The notes below the pieces were generated by a model that had not been told where the DNA came from, made no database searches, and was given only the letters and a program-made list of their open reading frames with translations. From the NCBI GenBank assembly GCA_045654765.1, contig JAZONZ010000018.1, positions 1 through 57,365 on the forward strand: 57,365 nucleotides of DNA, read 5' to 3'. Positions 9,205 to 18,857 of this stretch are shown piece by piece. Each line of letters begins with the position of its first letter. The stretch's first letter is position 1. This DNA comes from Christensenellaceae bacterium. Lineage in GTDB: Bacteria > Bacillota > Clostridia > Christensenellales > Borkfalkiaceae. The position numbers and the translations under genes are program-made.

Positions 9205-9411
9205 ATGACGTTTGGGGAAAATTTTAGAAAATTGAGACGTGAAGCAAGATTGTCTCAAAATGAAGTTGCCGAAAAACTTGGTATATATCAATCAAACGTA
9301 AGCGATTGGGAAAACGACGTGTCTCGCCCAGAATATGAAAAACTTATCCAATTAGCCCGTCTATACGATTGTTCTATTGCCGAACTTTTAGGCGTTGAAG
9401 AAAAGTGTTAG
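9205..9411 (+). CDS. XRE-family helix-turn-helix transcriptional regulator (68 aa)
   Basis: FGENFRKLRREARLSQNEVAEKLGIYQSNVSDWENDVSRP is a canonical Cro/C1-type HTH. The gene is divergent from the sipW operon. Confidence 0.85.
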   Translation: MTFGENFRKLRREARLSQNEVAEKLGIYQSNVSDWENDVSRPEYEKLIQLARLYDCSIAELLGVEEKC

Positions 9412-9440
9412 GGTATTATGTATATAAAGGCGTATTATGC

Positions 9441-9458
9441 ATATAATGCGCATTATAT
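9441..9458. repeat. 18-bp perfect palindrome within a cluster of GTATTATG(T/C)ATATA direct repeats
   Basis: atataatgcgcattatat is self-complementary. Direct repeats lie at 9413-9426 and 9432-9445, with a partial copy at 9450-9461. Confidence 0.6.
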
Positions 9459-9841
9459 ATAGAAAACCATAACGGGTTTTAGTGACGTTAAAAATAAACT
9501 TAAAAAATTAAGCACGCTGTATAAAAATACAACGTGCTTTTTTAAGGGTGCATTTATTGAGCTACGGAAGGTGTAGCTTTTTTTATTTAAATATTACTTG
9601 TGCTTGATTGTCTTTATAAATAATTCTATCGCCACTACTAAAAATTTTTCTTTATTTATAAATAAAGGCTTGTAATTGGCTATATTTTCATTTGCTCTTT
9701 CGCCGTTATTTGAAAGTAAAAGTTTAATCATATATACCTTTCGGCATCTAAAATAAGTTGACGATTTTTTTGAACCGCATCAATTATACGTTGCATTTTT
9801 ACCTCCAAATTAAAAAAATTATTTTATTATAACGTTATCGT

Positions 9842-10123
9842 TTAGTTTGTTTCATTTATTATTAAATTTTGTAATTGCTGTTTTGCTTTTTCAAAAAGAA
9901 CTTCGCCTTCTTCTGCTAATTTTGAAGTTTCCTCACCCTCGCCAAGTTCGTGGTTTGGCAAGTTTTTAACGCTTTTTAAATGTATATACGCTTCTTCAAG
10001 TGCTTTAAAACTTTCTTGCGCCTTTTCTACGTTTTTATTTTCTATCGCCGTAGAAAAATTTTCGTAGCGTTTATTCATTTCTTTTTGTATTATAATTATC
10101 GCCATTTTCTTTACAGATGCCAT
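9842..10123 (-). CDS. hypothetical helical protein (93 aa)
   Basis: Intact ORF with a coiled-coil-like E/K-rich composition. I recognise no family. Confidence 0.4.
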   Translation of the reverse strand: MASVKKMAIIIIQKEMNKRYENFSTAIENKNVEKAQESFKALEEAYIHLKSVKNLPNHELGEGEETSKLAEEGEVLFEKAKQQLQNLIINETN

Positions 10124-10354
10124 AATATTTTTCCTTTTTACTTCGTTTTGATAGTATGTTAATTATATCATTATAATAACAATAAATCAACACCTTATAA
10201 AATATAATTTTAAAAACCAAATGATAAAAAGAAATTGTGATTTTCAATTGAAATTTTGAAAAAATATTGACATCAATAAAGTTTTAATGTAAAATTAAAT
10301 CAATAGAAGTATTATATAAATACAAATAAAAAACTAAAACTAAAGGAGGCACTT

Positions 10355-10816
10355 ATGAAAAAATTACTTAGGACAACAACTCTTTTAATTGTTTTAACAA
10401 TGCTTTTAAATCTCGTTGGTTGTTCATCTATTGGCAAAGTGAAAAGAGCACTTGAAGATAAAGGTTATGATATAGTTGAAAATGAAGAAAACCAAGCATC
10501 TAAAGAGGCGAAAGATGATGAAAGGGTAACTAATTTTCACATTTTCACCAACAAAGATTCTTTATCTTTATCTAATGCGTATAAAATAACGGTAGTTGTA
10601 GTTGCCGAGTTTAAAGCAACTGACGAACTTATTGATTATTACAAAGATAGCGAAACTATGCAAGGTATAGTTGCTGATATTCAAGAAGACGGTACTGCCG
10701 AGCAAATATACGAAAACTTAAAAGAAGTAGGTTTGGCTTGCGGAAATTGTTTAATTATTCCTATCGGTTTAGATGCTGACAACGTTTTAGGCGCAATTAA
10801 AGAACTTAATAAATAA
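10355..10816 (+). CDS. lipoprotein, function unknown
   Basis: Signal peptide with lipobox LNLVGC. GGAGG RBS 7 nt upstream. Consensus TTGACA-17-TAAAAT promoter at 10267-10295. Confidence 0.7.
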   Translation: MKKLLRTTTLLIVLTMLLNLVGCSSIGKVKRALEDKGYDIVENEENQASKEAKDDERVTNFHIFTNKDSLSLSNAYKITVVVVAEFKATDELIDYYKDSETMQGIVADIQEDGTAEQIYENLKEVGLACGNCLIIPIGLDADNVLGAIKELNK

Positions 10817-11048
10817 AATAAGCGTTTTTAGTTGATTTTAAAATATCACTCTACTTAAAATTGACTCTATATAATAATTTTATGAGTGATAGCATTTTAA
10901 TAAAAAAGAAGAGTAGCAAAATTTTTGCTACTCTTTAATTTTTTACTTTTTTAAACATACGACTTTCTTTTGAAAGTATAGTGTACTACACTTTTGAAAA
11001 TTTTTCCACAAGTATTAACTATTCGCCAAATTTGAATTTGTTTATTTC

Positions 11049-11330
11049 TTATTGCGTGCGATACTTTTGAAACCATTTTTTGAAACGCCGTTTGTTGAAT
11101 ATAAGGATTTTATATTTTTCTCCGTTTTTCATATGTAACGTTGCTATCGGAAAAACAACCCATTGCCATGTAAGTTCCGCGATTTTATCAAGCGGTAATA
11201 TAAGATTCCTGTACGCTTTATCAACTGTAAGTTTATTCGTTTTATAAGTAACCGAATTTTTGTCAAGATATAAAGCACCGCCTAATATGCCGTTATGGCA
11301 TATTAAACTACACATAAATAATTTTTTCAT
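11049..11330 (-). CDS. hypothetical small protein (GRAM/bacterial PH-like?)
   Basis: 93-aa ORF in an operon-like position downstream of the methyltransferase. The fold assignment is tentative. Confidence 0.35.
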   Translation of the reverse strand: MKKLFMCSLICHNGILGGALYLDKNSVTYKTNKLTVDKAYRNLILPLDKIAELTWQWVVFPIATLHMKNGEKYKILIFNKRRFKKWFQKYRTQ

Positions 11331-11357
11331 TATACACCTTAATAAATTGAAATTTGT

Positions 11358-12113
11358 TTATTTTCTCGCAACAATAATGGGTTGATAAAATCCTGTTTCT
11401 TCGGGGAATAGCCAAATTACTTCTTTGCAACCTTTGGCGGTAAAAAGTTTCGTTAATTCCTCTCGACGAGTCGCTCTATATTCACATTCAAATTTGTTGA
11501 TTTCCAAGGTTTCCCCGTCATCAATGATATACTGCGTAAGTTTATAGCGGTCATTATTCCAAATCCAAGTTTGAAACGATACTCGTTTGCCTTTTTCTGT
11601 TTCGTGGATATATGGCGGAGAGTATGGCGGTTTATCTTGAAGCAAAGCGTCATAATCTCGAATGCTTCCTACGAAAATTCCGTTTTCTTTGATTTGGTTT
11701 GCAATACTTTCTACGGCTCTTTCCAAATCCTTGCTTGTCAGCATATGCGGTAACGCATTGTCCATAGCGATAATAATATCAAACTTTTCAATAAAGACTT
11801 TAGATAACGCACGAAAGTCAGCATTCTCAAAGCGAATGGCAACATTAGCGTTTGATGCTCTTGTTATCGCTTCGGCTATTTCGCCGTTACTGATATCGGA
11901 AGCGGTAACGTTATATCCAAGCGATGCAAGACCTATCGCTTGCGTGCCTATTCCACACGCACAATCAAGAATACTTACGGTTTGACCAAAATTGAATTTT
12001 TGAAATATACTTTGCAATAATACGGCTTGTTCTTTGGTTGTAGCCTTCCAGTCAAGGAATAACTTATCGTAATGAGAAGCCATATTATCGTAAAATTTTT
12101 GTGTGATACTCAT
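11358..12113 (-). CDS. class I SAM-dependent methyltransferase
   Basis: Motif I ILDCACGIGTQAIGLA and post-I DISNGEI are present. The length is typical for the class. Confidence 0.8.
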   Translation of the reverse strand: MSITQKFYDNMASHYDKLFLDWKATTKEQAVLLQSIFQKFNFGQTVSILDCACGIGTQAIGLASLGYNVTASDISNGEIAEAITRASNANVAIRFENADFRALSKVFIEKFDIIIAMDNALPHMLTSKDLERAVESIANQIKENGIFVGSIRDYDALLQDKPPYSPPYIHETEKGKRVSFQTWIWNNDRYKLTQYIIDDGETLEINKFECEYRATRREELTKLFTAKGCKEVIWLFPEETGFYQPIIVARK

Positions 12114-12310
12114 TTCGTAATCTCCGTCAAATTCTTATTTATCGGTGAGTTTATTATATCAAAAAAGCAAATTAAATTCAAGCAGTTATGAGTGGGCAAA
12201 AGAAAACTCAGCTTATCAAAAGCCGAGTTTAATAAAAATCTCTATGGGAAGAGCGAAAATATTGCTACTCTTTTAAAACGTTTTAAAAACTTCTAAGTTT
12301 TTGTTATTAT

Positions 12311-13831
12311 TTATGGCAAATCTATTTCGTATAAATCTTTTGGTGGAAGTGGTTTAGTTGACGTGTCGACAACCTTTTTAACTTCGTTAGTTGCTTTCGC
12401 TATTGATACGTTAGTGCCTGCACCTGCAACGCAACCGCCAGGACAACCCATACCCTCGATAAGACAACCGTTCTTTTTGCCCGCTTTAGCAAGGAGCAAC
12501 ATTTTTTTGCATTCCGCCAAGCCTTCGGCGTGTTCAATTCTAACTTCAACGCCAGGGTAGTATTTTTTAACGCATTTTTCAATAGCGTTTGCTACTCCAC
12601 CCGCTATTGCGTAACCTCGACCTGCACCCGTTGCCTCGTGTAAAGAAGTTTGACTTTTATATTTTGAAAAGTCAATTTCTTTTGCTTCAAAAATACCCGA
12701 AAGTTCTTCAAACGTGATAACGAAATCAACGTCACTTCTAACGCTCATTCTTGATGCTTCAAGTTTTTTTGCCGCACACGGACCGATAAACACGACTCTT
12801 GCATTTGGGTTTTTTTGTTTAATTTTTCTTGCCGTTGCAACCATAGGTGTTAAAGATTGAGAAACTTTGTCAATAAGCGTAGGGAATTGTTTTTTAGCAA
12901 GCATCGCCCAAGAAGGACAGCAAGAAGTTAATAAAAACGGAAGTTTACCGCTAACAACTTCTTCAACGTAAGCGTGCGCCTCGGTAGAACATGCAACGTC
13001 CGCACCGCTTGCAACTTCGTGAACTTCTTTAAATCCTAAGTCTATTAAAGCGCCTTTAATCATTGCGATTGTAACGTTTTCACCAAACTGACCAGCTATT
13101 GCGGGAGCAATTTCCGCCACTAAATAATCGCCTTTTTTAAAGGCTTGTATCATTTGAAAAATTTGTGATTTATCCGCAATTGCCGCAAACGGACAACTCA
13201 CCATACATTGACCGCAACCAAGACATTTGTCGTTATCAATTTTGGCTCTACCAAGTTCATCAGTCGTAATTGCGTTAATTCCGCAGGCTTGTGAGCAAGG
13301 GCGAACTTTATGCGCTATTGCATCGTACGGGCAAGCATTTTTACATTTTCCACATTTAACACACTTTTCTTGGTCTATTTTTGCTTTGCCGTCAACGATA
13401 ACGATTGCGTTTCGTGGGCAAGCAACAACGCAAGCTTTTGCAACGCAATTTCTACATTGATTAGAAACTTCGTAAACGTTGTCCTTACACTTATCGCACG
13501 CAGACGGAATAACTTGCATTAGCGGAGGCTCGTAATATTTATCTGATATATTGCTTTCAGTTATGCCCTCCGTAATGTGAACGGGTTTATCTAAAGGTCG
13601 TAAACTCATACCCATAGCAAGCCTCACTCGTTCGGCGGCAATCGCTCTTTCACGATAAATGCTTTCAAAAAATCTTGGGGTTTCCGTTGGTGTGATTTTA
13701 TACGGTATTGCCTCGATTTTATCGTTTACGTTTTCGGGTTCGCTTTCAAAAGCGACTTTTGCAACTTCTTTAAACACTTCACGTCTTAAAAGTTTAACTG
13801 AAGTAGGGAGTTCTCTTAATTGTCCTGCCAT
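12311..13831 (-). CDS. [FeFe]-hydrogenase-family protein with N-terminal ferredoxin-like FeS domains
   Basis: H-cluster motifs are present: TSCCPSW, GPCAAKKLE and EGMGCPGGCVAGAG. At least four CxxCxxCxxxCP ferredoxin motifs lie upstream of them. Confidence 0.8.
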   Translation of the reverse strand: MAGQLRELPTSVKLLRREVFKEVAKVAFESEPENVNDKIEAIPYKITPTETPRFFESIYRERAIAAERVRLAMGMSLRPLDKPVHITEGITESNISDKYYEPPLMQVIPSACDKCKDNVYEVSNQCRNCVAKACVVACPRNAIVIVDGKAKIDQEKCVKCGKCKNACPYDAIAHKVRPCSQACGINAITTDELGRAKIDNDKCLGCGQCMVSCPFAAIADKSQIFQMIQAFKKGDYLVAEIAPAIAGQFGENVTIAMIKGALIDLGFKEVHEVASGADVACSTEAHAYVEEVVSGKLPFLLTSCCPSWAMLAKKQFPTLIDKVSQSLTPMVATARKIKQKNPNARVVFIGPCAAKKLEASRMSVRSDVDFVITFEELSGIFEAKEIDFSKYKSQTSLHEATGAGRGYAIAGGVANAIEKCVKKYYPGVEVRIEHAEGLAECKKMLLLAKAGKKNGCLIEGMGCPGGCVAGAGTNVSIAKATNEVKKVVDTSTKPLPPKDLYEIDLP

Positions 13832-13913
13832 AAAAAATTCCTTTGTTGTTTTTTATATTTTTACAAATTTAATTAAATAAATCATTAGTAATTTTTAAAC
13901 GAATTTCGTTTAA

Positions 13914-14555
13914 TTAGCGTAATTGTGCGTTTATCAAAATTTCCCTTTCCGTATCTAATTTGCCATACACTCTATCTTTAACGCTTTTTGTAATAGGGAG
14001 ATTAAGTAAAATCGTTCCGTTTTTTACTAAAATGATAGTATTTGCAAGCGCAAGCGCCTCATCTATATCGTGCGTAACAAATATAACGGTTTTGTTTTTT
14101 GTTTTACTAATAAGCAAGTTTATTAAACTTATTTTTAACTTGACGTCAAGTGAAGAAAAAGGCTCGTCTAATAGCAAAAGGTCAAACTCGCCAAGAAGCG
14201 CCCTTGCAAAATTAACACGTTGTTTTTCTCCGCCTGAAAGTTGGCTTGGATACTTTTTAGCACAATTTTCAAGTTCTACTTCTTTAAGAGCGTCTAATAT
14301 TTTAATTTCTGTATAGCCCATAATTTTTAAGTTTTCATAAACGGTTAAATGGTTAAATAATCTTGGCTCTTGAAAAGCTACGGAAACTTTTAAGTCGTTA
14401 TTTTTCGCAACGTATAAAACGTTGTTTAAAAGTGTGGTCTTGCCAACGCCTGACGAACCTAATAAACAAGTAATTTGCCCGTCAATTATATCTAAATTAA
14501 AGTTTGAAAATACAACCTTTTCATTATATTTAACGTTTAAATTTCTTATTTTCAT
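13914..14555 (-). CDS. ABC transporter ATP-binding protein (NitT/TauT-type)
   Basis: Walker A GSSGVGKTT, signature LSGGEKQR and Walker B LLLLDEP. Confidence 0.9.
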   Translation of the reverse strand: MKIRNLNVKYNEKVVFSNFNLDIIDGQITCLLGSSGVGKTTLLNNVLYVAKNNDLKVSVAFQEPRLFNHLTVYENLKIMGYTEIKILDALKEVELENCAKKYPSQLSGGEKQRVNFARALLGEFDLLLLDEPFSSLDVKLKISLINLLISKTKNKTVIFVTHDIDEALALANTIILVKNGTILLNLPITKSVKDRVYGKLDTEREILINAQLR

Positions 14556-15310
14556 TTATACTTTTTCTCCATATTATAACATACGAGTTTGCCAATCGTT
14601 TCAACGGCTATGCCTATTATACATATAATTAAGGTTAGTGAAAATAACTCTACTACGTTTGAGTATATAGATGCGTTTGAAATATCACCGCCAAGGCTTT
14701 TATATACGTTTGCTAAAATTTCTGCAGAAACGACAAGTTTTAACGAAAATGAAAATAGAGCAGTAATTTCTTTTATAAATAAAGGCGTATATCCCTTTAA
14801 ATAAACGCTAAAAATTTGAGTTTTTAACGATACGTTATATATTTTTAAAACTTCTTTTTGTTTACTATCAATAGAGTTTAAGTAGTTTAAAGTTTGAGTG
14901 TAACAAATAGGCAAAACTGATAAAACACACACGATAATAGGCGCAACTCCCCTTGGCAAACACACTAAAATTATAAGTAATATCGCAAGCACGGGAAGTG
15001 AGCGAATTATAGAAACAAACGGCAAAATTATACCTTCAAAATTGCTATTTAAGTGAGAAAAAACCGCCAAACTAACTCCGAGCAAGAACGAAATTATAAT
15101 TGCTATCAACACTCTTAAAAGGGTGTTTAATAAATGAGAGTAAAAGTCGGGATTAAGAAGGTTTAAAAAACTTTCTTTTATAACGATTAGCGGAGATGGT
15201 ATTAAATGATTGTTAGAAACTATAAAATAAAGAAAAAACCATAATAAAAACACAAGAAACAAGCCTAAAATGGAAGGTATTAAGTTGTTTTTTAGTGTGT
15301 TGCTTTTCAT
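14552..15310 (-). CDS. ABC transporter permease
   Basis: Six-TM BPD-type permease. It overlaps both neighbours by 4 nt, suggesting translational coupling. Confidence 0.85.
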   Translation of the reverse strand: MKSNTLKNNLIPSILGLFLVFLLWFFLYFIVSNNHLIPSPLIVIKESFLNLLNPDFYSHLLNTLLRVLIAIIISFLLGVSLAVFSHLNSNFEGIILPFVSIIRSLPVLAILLIILVCLPRGVAPIIVCVLSVLPICYTQTLNYLNSIDSKQKEVLKIYNVSLKTQIFSVYLKGYTPLFIKEITALFSFSLKLVVSAEILANVYKSLGGDISNASIYSNVVELFSLTLIICIIGIAVETIGKLVCYNMEKKYK

Positions 15311-16284
15311 AAATCACCTAAATAGAAAAAGTTTTGGTTAAATTCTTGAACTGAAGTTGGCTCGATAGTTTTTAGGTTGTGAATAAAAAGTTCAACGGTG
15401 TCTTTTGAGTTTTTTGCGCTAATAAACCTAATTTGCGAGCGTTCAATACTTTCTTTAGTTACGTTATTTTCATTAAATACAGGAGTTAAACCACTTTCAA
15501 GTTTAGAAGTTACAAGTTGACAAATTTCTTTTTTGTTTTCTTCTTTTAAAAATTCTTCTACGTTTTTAATTTTATCAACGATATCTTTAACGGCTTGTAA
15601 ATCACTTTCTAAAACGCTATTTTTTACAACTATTATCGCTTGCGGAAAACCTAAATCACTATAAAGCGAGCCTAAACTACCAACAAATTTTAAGTTGGTG
15701 GTTTTAACTTTTGCGTCCGCTTGTGGTGACGGAACTACAAATAAATCAATATCTTCTCTTAAAGTTTCAACCTTGTTTATAGCCATTAAATTTACTTTAT
15801 TTGATTGTTTTTGACTTGCGTCTTGTATCGTAATAAACGAAACGCCAAGTAAGTTTAATGCGTACTTTAAAGTTAGCCCGGGAACATTTTGTAGTTGCAT
15901 AACGCCTATCGTTTTTCCAACTAACTCGTTTACGTTTTTAGTGCTTACGGTAATTTCGCTACTTGATAAAAAATAAAAATTGCCGTGAGTGATAGTTCCT
16001 ATCATTTTATAATTTTCGCCACTGCCAATTAACTTTGACGCCATATTAACGGGCAAAATACAAACGTCTGCCACTAAGTTTTTGCCTGTAACTACGCTTG
16101 AAATTTTATCTTTTGAAATTACGTTTATTTCGGTGTTTTCTAAATTGCTTTTCATTAAATAGGAAAGAGCAAGCGCAGGCGCACCATCAGGCGCGTAAAT
16201 TGTAATTTGAGTATTATTTTTACACGCTGTTAGCGAAAATAAAGAAAGTAATAAAGTTAAAATCAAACAAGTAAATTTTTTCAT
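15307..16284 (-). CDS. ABC transporter substrate-binding lipoprotein (NMT1/THI5-like)
   Basis: Lipobox SLTAC. It is the first gene of the three-gene transporter operon. Confidence 0.75.
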   Translation of the reverse strand: MKKFTCLILTLLLSLFSLTACKNNTQITIYAPDGAPALALSYLMKSNLENTEINVISKDKISSVVTGKNLVADVCILPVNMASKLIGSGENYKMIGTITHGNFYFLSSSEITVSTKNVNELVGKTIGVMQLQNVPGLTLKYALNLLGVSFITIQDASQKQSNKVNLMAINKVETLREDIDLFVVPSPQADAKVKTTNLKFVGSLGSLYSDLGFPQAIIVVKNSVLESDLQAVKDIVDKIKNVEEFLKEENKKEICQLVTSKLESGLTPVFNENNVTKESIERSQIRFISAKNSKDTVELFIHNLKTIEPTSVQEFNQNFFYLGDL

Positions 16285-16381
16285 ATTGTATAAAGCGAAT
16301 TACGCTGTAAATTCTCCTAAAAATTATTATATCATTTAATAACGATATTTGCAATTCTATTGATTAGGTTTTTTATTTAAA

Positions 16382-16414
16382 AAACAAAAAAAGCAGTAGG
16401 TTTTACTACTGCTT
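16382..16414 (-). terminator. intrinsic terminator of rpsF-ssb-rpsR
   Basis: The minus strand reads aagcagtag-taaaac-ctactgctt followed by a T-run. Confidence 0.8.
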
Positions 16415-16427
16415 AATTTATTAAATC

Positions 16428-16679
16428 TTATTCACCTTTAAATGGAAGAAGGTCAGCAAGTCTTGCTCTTTTAATTGCAGAAGCAAGCATTCTTTGGTGT
16501 TGTGCACACACACCTGTCATTCTTCTTGGAAGGATTTTACCTTTTTCAGTTATAAACTTTTTAAGTTTAGCAACGTCTTTATAATCTATTTTATCAGCTT
16601 TATCAGCACAGAAAACACAAATCTTTTTTCTTGGTGTTTTTCTTATAGGCTTTTTAGCAACTACGTTTTTTTCTTCCAT
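16428..16679 (-). CDS. rpsR: 30S ribosomal protein S18
   Basis: [46 protein letters not shown] is the canonical S18 sequence. Confidence 0.97.
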   Translation of the reverse strand: MEEKNVVAKKPIRKTPRKKICVFCADKADKIDYKDVAKLKKFITEKGKILPRRMTGVCAQHQRMLASAIKRARLADLLPFKGE

Positions 16680-16693
16680 AATATTCTCCTTTC

Positions 16694-17095
16694 TTAAAAT
16701 GGTACGTCATCATCAGCAACTTCTTCTAACGGAGCTTTTGTTGACTTAATATCAGCGATAGATTCTTCTTCGCCACGGTTAGTAGTGTTTAAAAACTCTA
16801 CTTCACTTGCCAAAATTTCAGTAATAGTTCTTTTAGCGCCGTCTTTATCTTCATAAGTACGGTTTTGTAAACTACCAAAAATAGCAACTTTGCTACCTTT
16901 CTTTAAAAATTTACCGCAATTTTCAGCAAGATTTCTCCAAACAATAATGTTAAAGAAATCAGTTTCCCTATTACCATCAGCATTTGTGAAATTTCTATTT
17001 ACCGCAATTGAAAAACGGCAAAATGCAATACCACTTGTTGTTTCTGAAAGTTCAGGGTCACGAGTTAAATTACCTATTAAATAAACTTTATTCAT
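16694..17095 (-). CDS. ssb: single-stranded DNA-binding protein
   Basis: [18 protein letters not shown]-fold N-terminus with an acidic DDDVPF C-terminal tip. Confidence 0.95.
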   Translation of the reverse strand: MNKVYLIGNLTRDPELSETTSGIAFCRFSIAVNRNFTNADGNRETDFFNIIVWRNLAENCGKFLKKGSKVAIFGSLQNRTYEDKDGAKRTITEILASEVEFLNTTNRGEEESIADIKSTKAPLEEVADDDVPF

Positions 17096-17108
17096 AATTC
17101 ACCTCTTA

Positions 17109-17390
17109 TTAAACTCTTGTTATTAATCTTCTTAAAATACCGGTAGTAATACCAGCAACTCTCTTAAGTTCAGTAATTAAACTTACGTCACTTTCAAAAG
17201 TCATAAGTACGTAATAACCTTCGGTTTCGTAATTGATAGGATAAGCAAGTTTTTTAACTCCCCACTTGTCAACCTTTTCAACTTTACCACCGTTAGATGC
17301 TACAACACTTTCAAATTTAGAAACAACAGAGTTAATTTCTTCTTCACCGAGTTTTGTAGAAAGGATATAAAGCATTTCATACTTTCTCAT
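17109..17390 (-). CDS. rpsF: 30S ribosomal protein S6
   Basis: MRKYEMLYIL...KWGVKKLAYPI is the canonical S6 sequence. Confidence 0.97.
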   Translation of the reverse strand: MRKYEMLYILSTKLGEEEINSVVSKFESVVASNGGKVEKVDKWGVKKLAYPINYETEGYYVLMTFESDVSLITELKRVAGITTGILRRLITRV

Positions 17391-17526
17391 ATTTTTTACC
17401 TCCTGGACTTATTGGAATACAGTTGACCTTGTATTCAAGGTAAATTTTTTGCGAATTAAAAACTGCACGCAAAAAATTGCTTTATTAAAGCATTATAATT
17501 ATATAAAATACGTTTTAAAAAGTCAA
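17391..17526 (-). promoter_or_regulatory. rpsF promoter plus ~100-nt structured leader (candidate S6:S18 autoregulatory leader)
   Basis: Minus-strand TTGACT (17526-17521), 17-nt spacer, TATAAT (17503-17498). The leader contains a perfect 11-bp hairpin aattttttgcg/cgcaaaaaatt and a second hairpin accttg-aata-caaggt just before the GGAGG RBS. Confidence 0.45.
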
Positions 17527-17610
17527 ACGTTTTTTATGCCTTTATTATTAACAATATATATAGTGTGTTAATTGTAATTAAATACAATATATAAGTTTTT
17601 GTTAAATAGT

Positions 17611-17934
17611 TTATAGATTTATTAAGCCTGCAATTTCTTTAATAATTTCATCTTTAGGTCTATATCCTATAAAAGTGGTAACAATTTCACCTTTATTGTA
17701 TAAAACGACCATAGGAATTGAACTAACCCTAAATTTAATAGCAAGTTCTTCTTCTTCGTCTACGTTAACTTTCGCTACTTTTAATTTTCCGTCATATTCA
17801 CTTGCTATGCTTTTAAGTTCAGTGCCAAGCATTCTGCAAGGATAGCACCAAGTTGCCCAAAAATCTACAAGTACGGGAATATTTGAATTTATAACTTCAC
17901 TTTCAAAATTGTTTTTCGTAACTTTAATTTCCAT
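17611..17934 (-). CDS. trxA: thioredoxin with an atypical WCYPC active site
   Basis: VLVDFWATWCYPCRM is the thioredoxin fold context. The protein is 107 aa. Confidence 0.85.
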   Translation of the reverse strand: MEIKVTKNNFESEVINSNIPVLVDFWATWCYPCRMLGTELKSIASEYDGKLKVAKVNVDEEEELAIKFRVSSIPMVVLYNKGEIVTTFIGYRPKDEIIKEIAGLINL

Positions 17935-17957
17935 AATAAGCGTCCTATTAGTTTTAT

Positions 17958-17989
17958 AAAAAAATAATTCCCGAAAAAATCGGGAATTA
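17958..17989 (-). terminator. intrinsic terminator downstream of rubrerythrin
   Basis: The minus strand reads taattcccg-atttttt-cgggaatta followed by a T-run. Confidence 0.75.
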
Positions 17990-17996
17990 CAAAATT

Positions 17997-18653
17997 TTAG
18001 TAATTTTCTTCACGAAGTTCAAAATAACTTTGTGGATGTGCGCAAGTTGGACAAAGCTCAGGTGCTTTTGTGCCTACTACAAGGTGACCGCAATTTCTAC
18101 ATTCCCAAACTTTAATCTCACTCTTTTCAAAAACTTTTTTAGTTTCAACGTTATTTAAAAGTGCACGATATCTTTCTTCGTGAGTTTTTTCAATAGCGGC
18201 AACTAAGCGGAATTTTTCAGCGAGTTCAGGAAAACCTTCTTTTTCAGCAGTTTTAGCAAAACCATCATACATATCAGTCCACTCATAATTTTCGCCTTCT
18301 GCAGCAGCTAAAAGATTGTCTGCAGTAGTACCAAGTTCGCCAAGTTCTTTAAACCACATTTTAGCGTGTTCCTTTTCGTTTTCAGCAGTTTTTAAAAAGA
18401 TTGCTGAAATTTGTTCAAAACCCTCTTTTTTAGCAACGGAAGCAAAATAAGTGTACTTATTTCTTGCTTGTGATTCACCAGCAAATGCAGTTTGTAAATT
18501 TTTTTCAGTTTGTGTGCCAGAATATTTATTCATTTTTTTCTCCTCTATTAAAATTAGTTTATCGCCAGATTGTTTACATACAGGGCAAACGGCAATTGTA
18601 GCATCAGGTGCTTCAAAAACTTCGCCACATACTTTACATTTATATTTAGCCAT
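17997..18653 (-). CDS. rbr: rubrerythrin with an extra N-terminal rubredoxin-like Cys4 domain
   Basis: Di-iron four-helix motifs ([28 protein letters not shown]). C-terminal CRNCG...CPTC plus N-terminal CKVCG...CPVC. Confidence 0.9.
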   Translation of the reverse strand: MAKYKCKVCGEVFEAPDATIAVCPVCKQSGDKLILIEEKKMNKYSGTQTEKNLQTAFAGESQARNKYTYFASVAKKEGFEQISAIFLKTAENEKEHAKMWFKELGELGTTADNLLAAAEGENYEWTDMYDGFAKTAEKEGFPELAEKFRLVAAIEKTHEERYRALLNNVETKKVFEKSEIKVWECRNCGHLVVGTKAPELCPTCAHPQSYFELREENY

Positions 18654-18808
18654 CGTAGAAAATCCTCCTTTACTTTACATTATTATCGTTTTTTTTGATT
18701 ATATCATATTTTTTTTTGCTTGTAAATAATTAAATAAAAAATTTTATTAGCATTTTATATTAATATCATATAATATTTCAAAAATTGTTAAAAATAGACG
18801 TAAATTCA

Positions 18809-18837
18809 TTGACATAAATAAAATTCAGTGTTACAAT
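18809..18837 (+). promoter_or_regulatory. promoter of the lysine operon leader
   Basis: TTGACA (18809-18814), 17-nt spacer, TACAAT (18832-18837). Confidence 0.7.
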
Positions 18838-18857
18838 AAGCGTAACTTAATAATAAA

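Noticed and set aside
9598-9797. Two tiny minus-strand ORFs (about 22 and 45 codons, overlapping ATGA) downstream of the 93-aa gene
   Set aside because: They are too short, with no recognisable RBS strength or family signature. I noted them as possible remnants of a phage-like regulatory region, but they are not supportable as features.
10905-12285. The shared string ttgctactcttt, found in the hairpin at ~10908-10945 and again at ~12265-12280, considered as terminal repeats of an inserted cassette carrying the methyltransferase
   Set aside because: Only ~12 nt are shared, and the second copy does not form the same hairpin. There are no target-site duplications or mobility genes. This is most simply a chance similarity between AT-rich terminator-like sequences.
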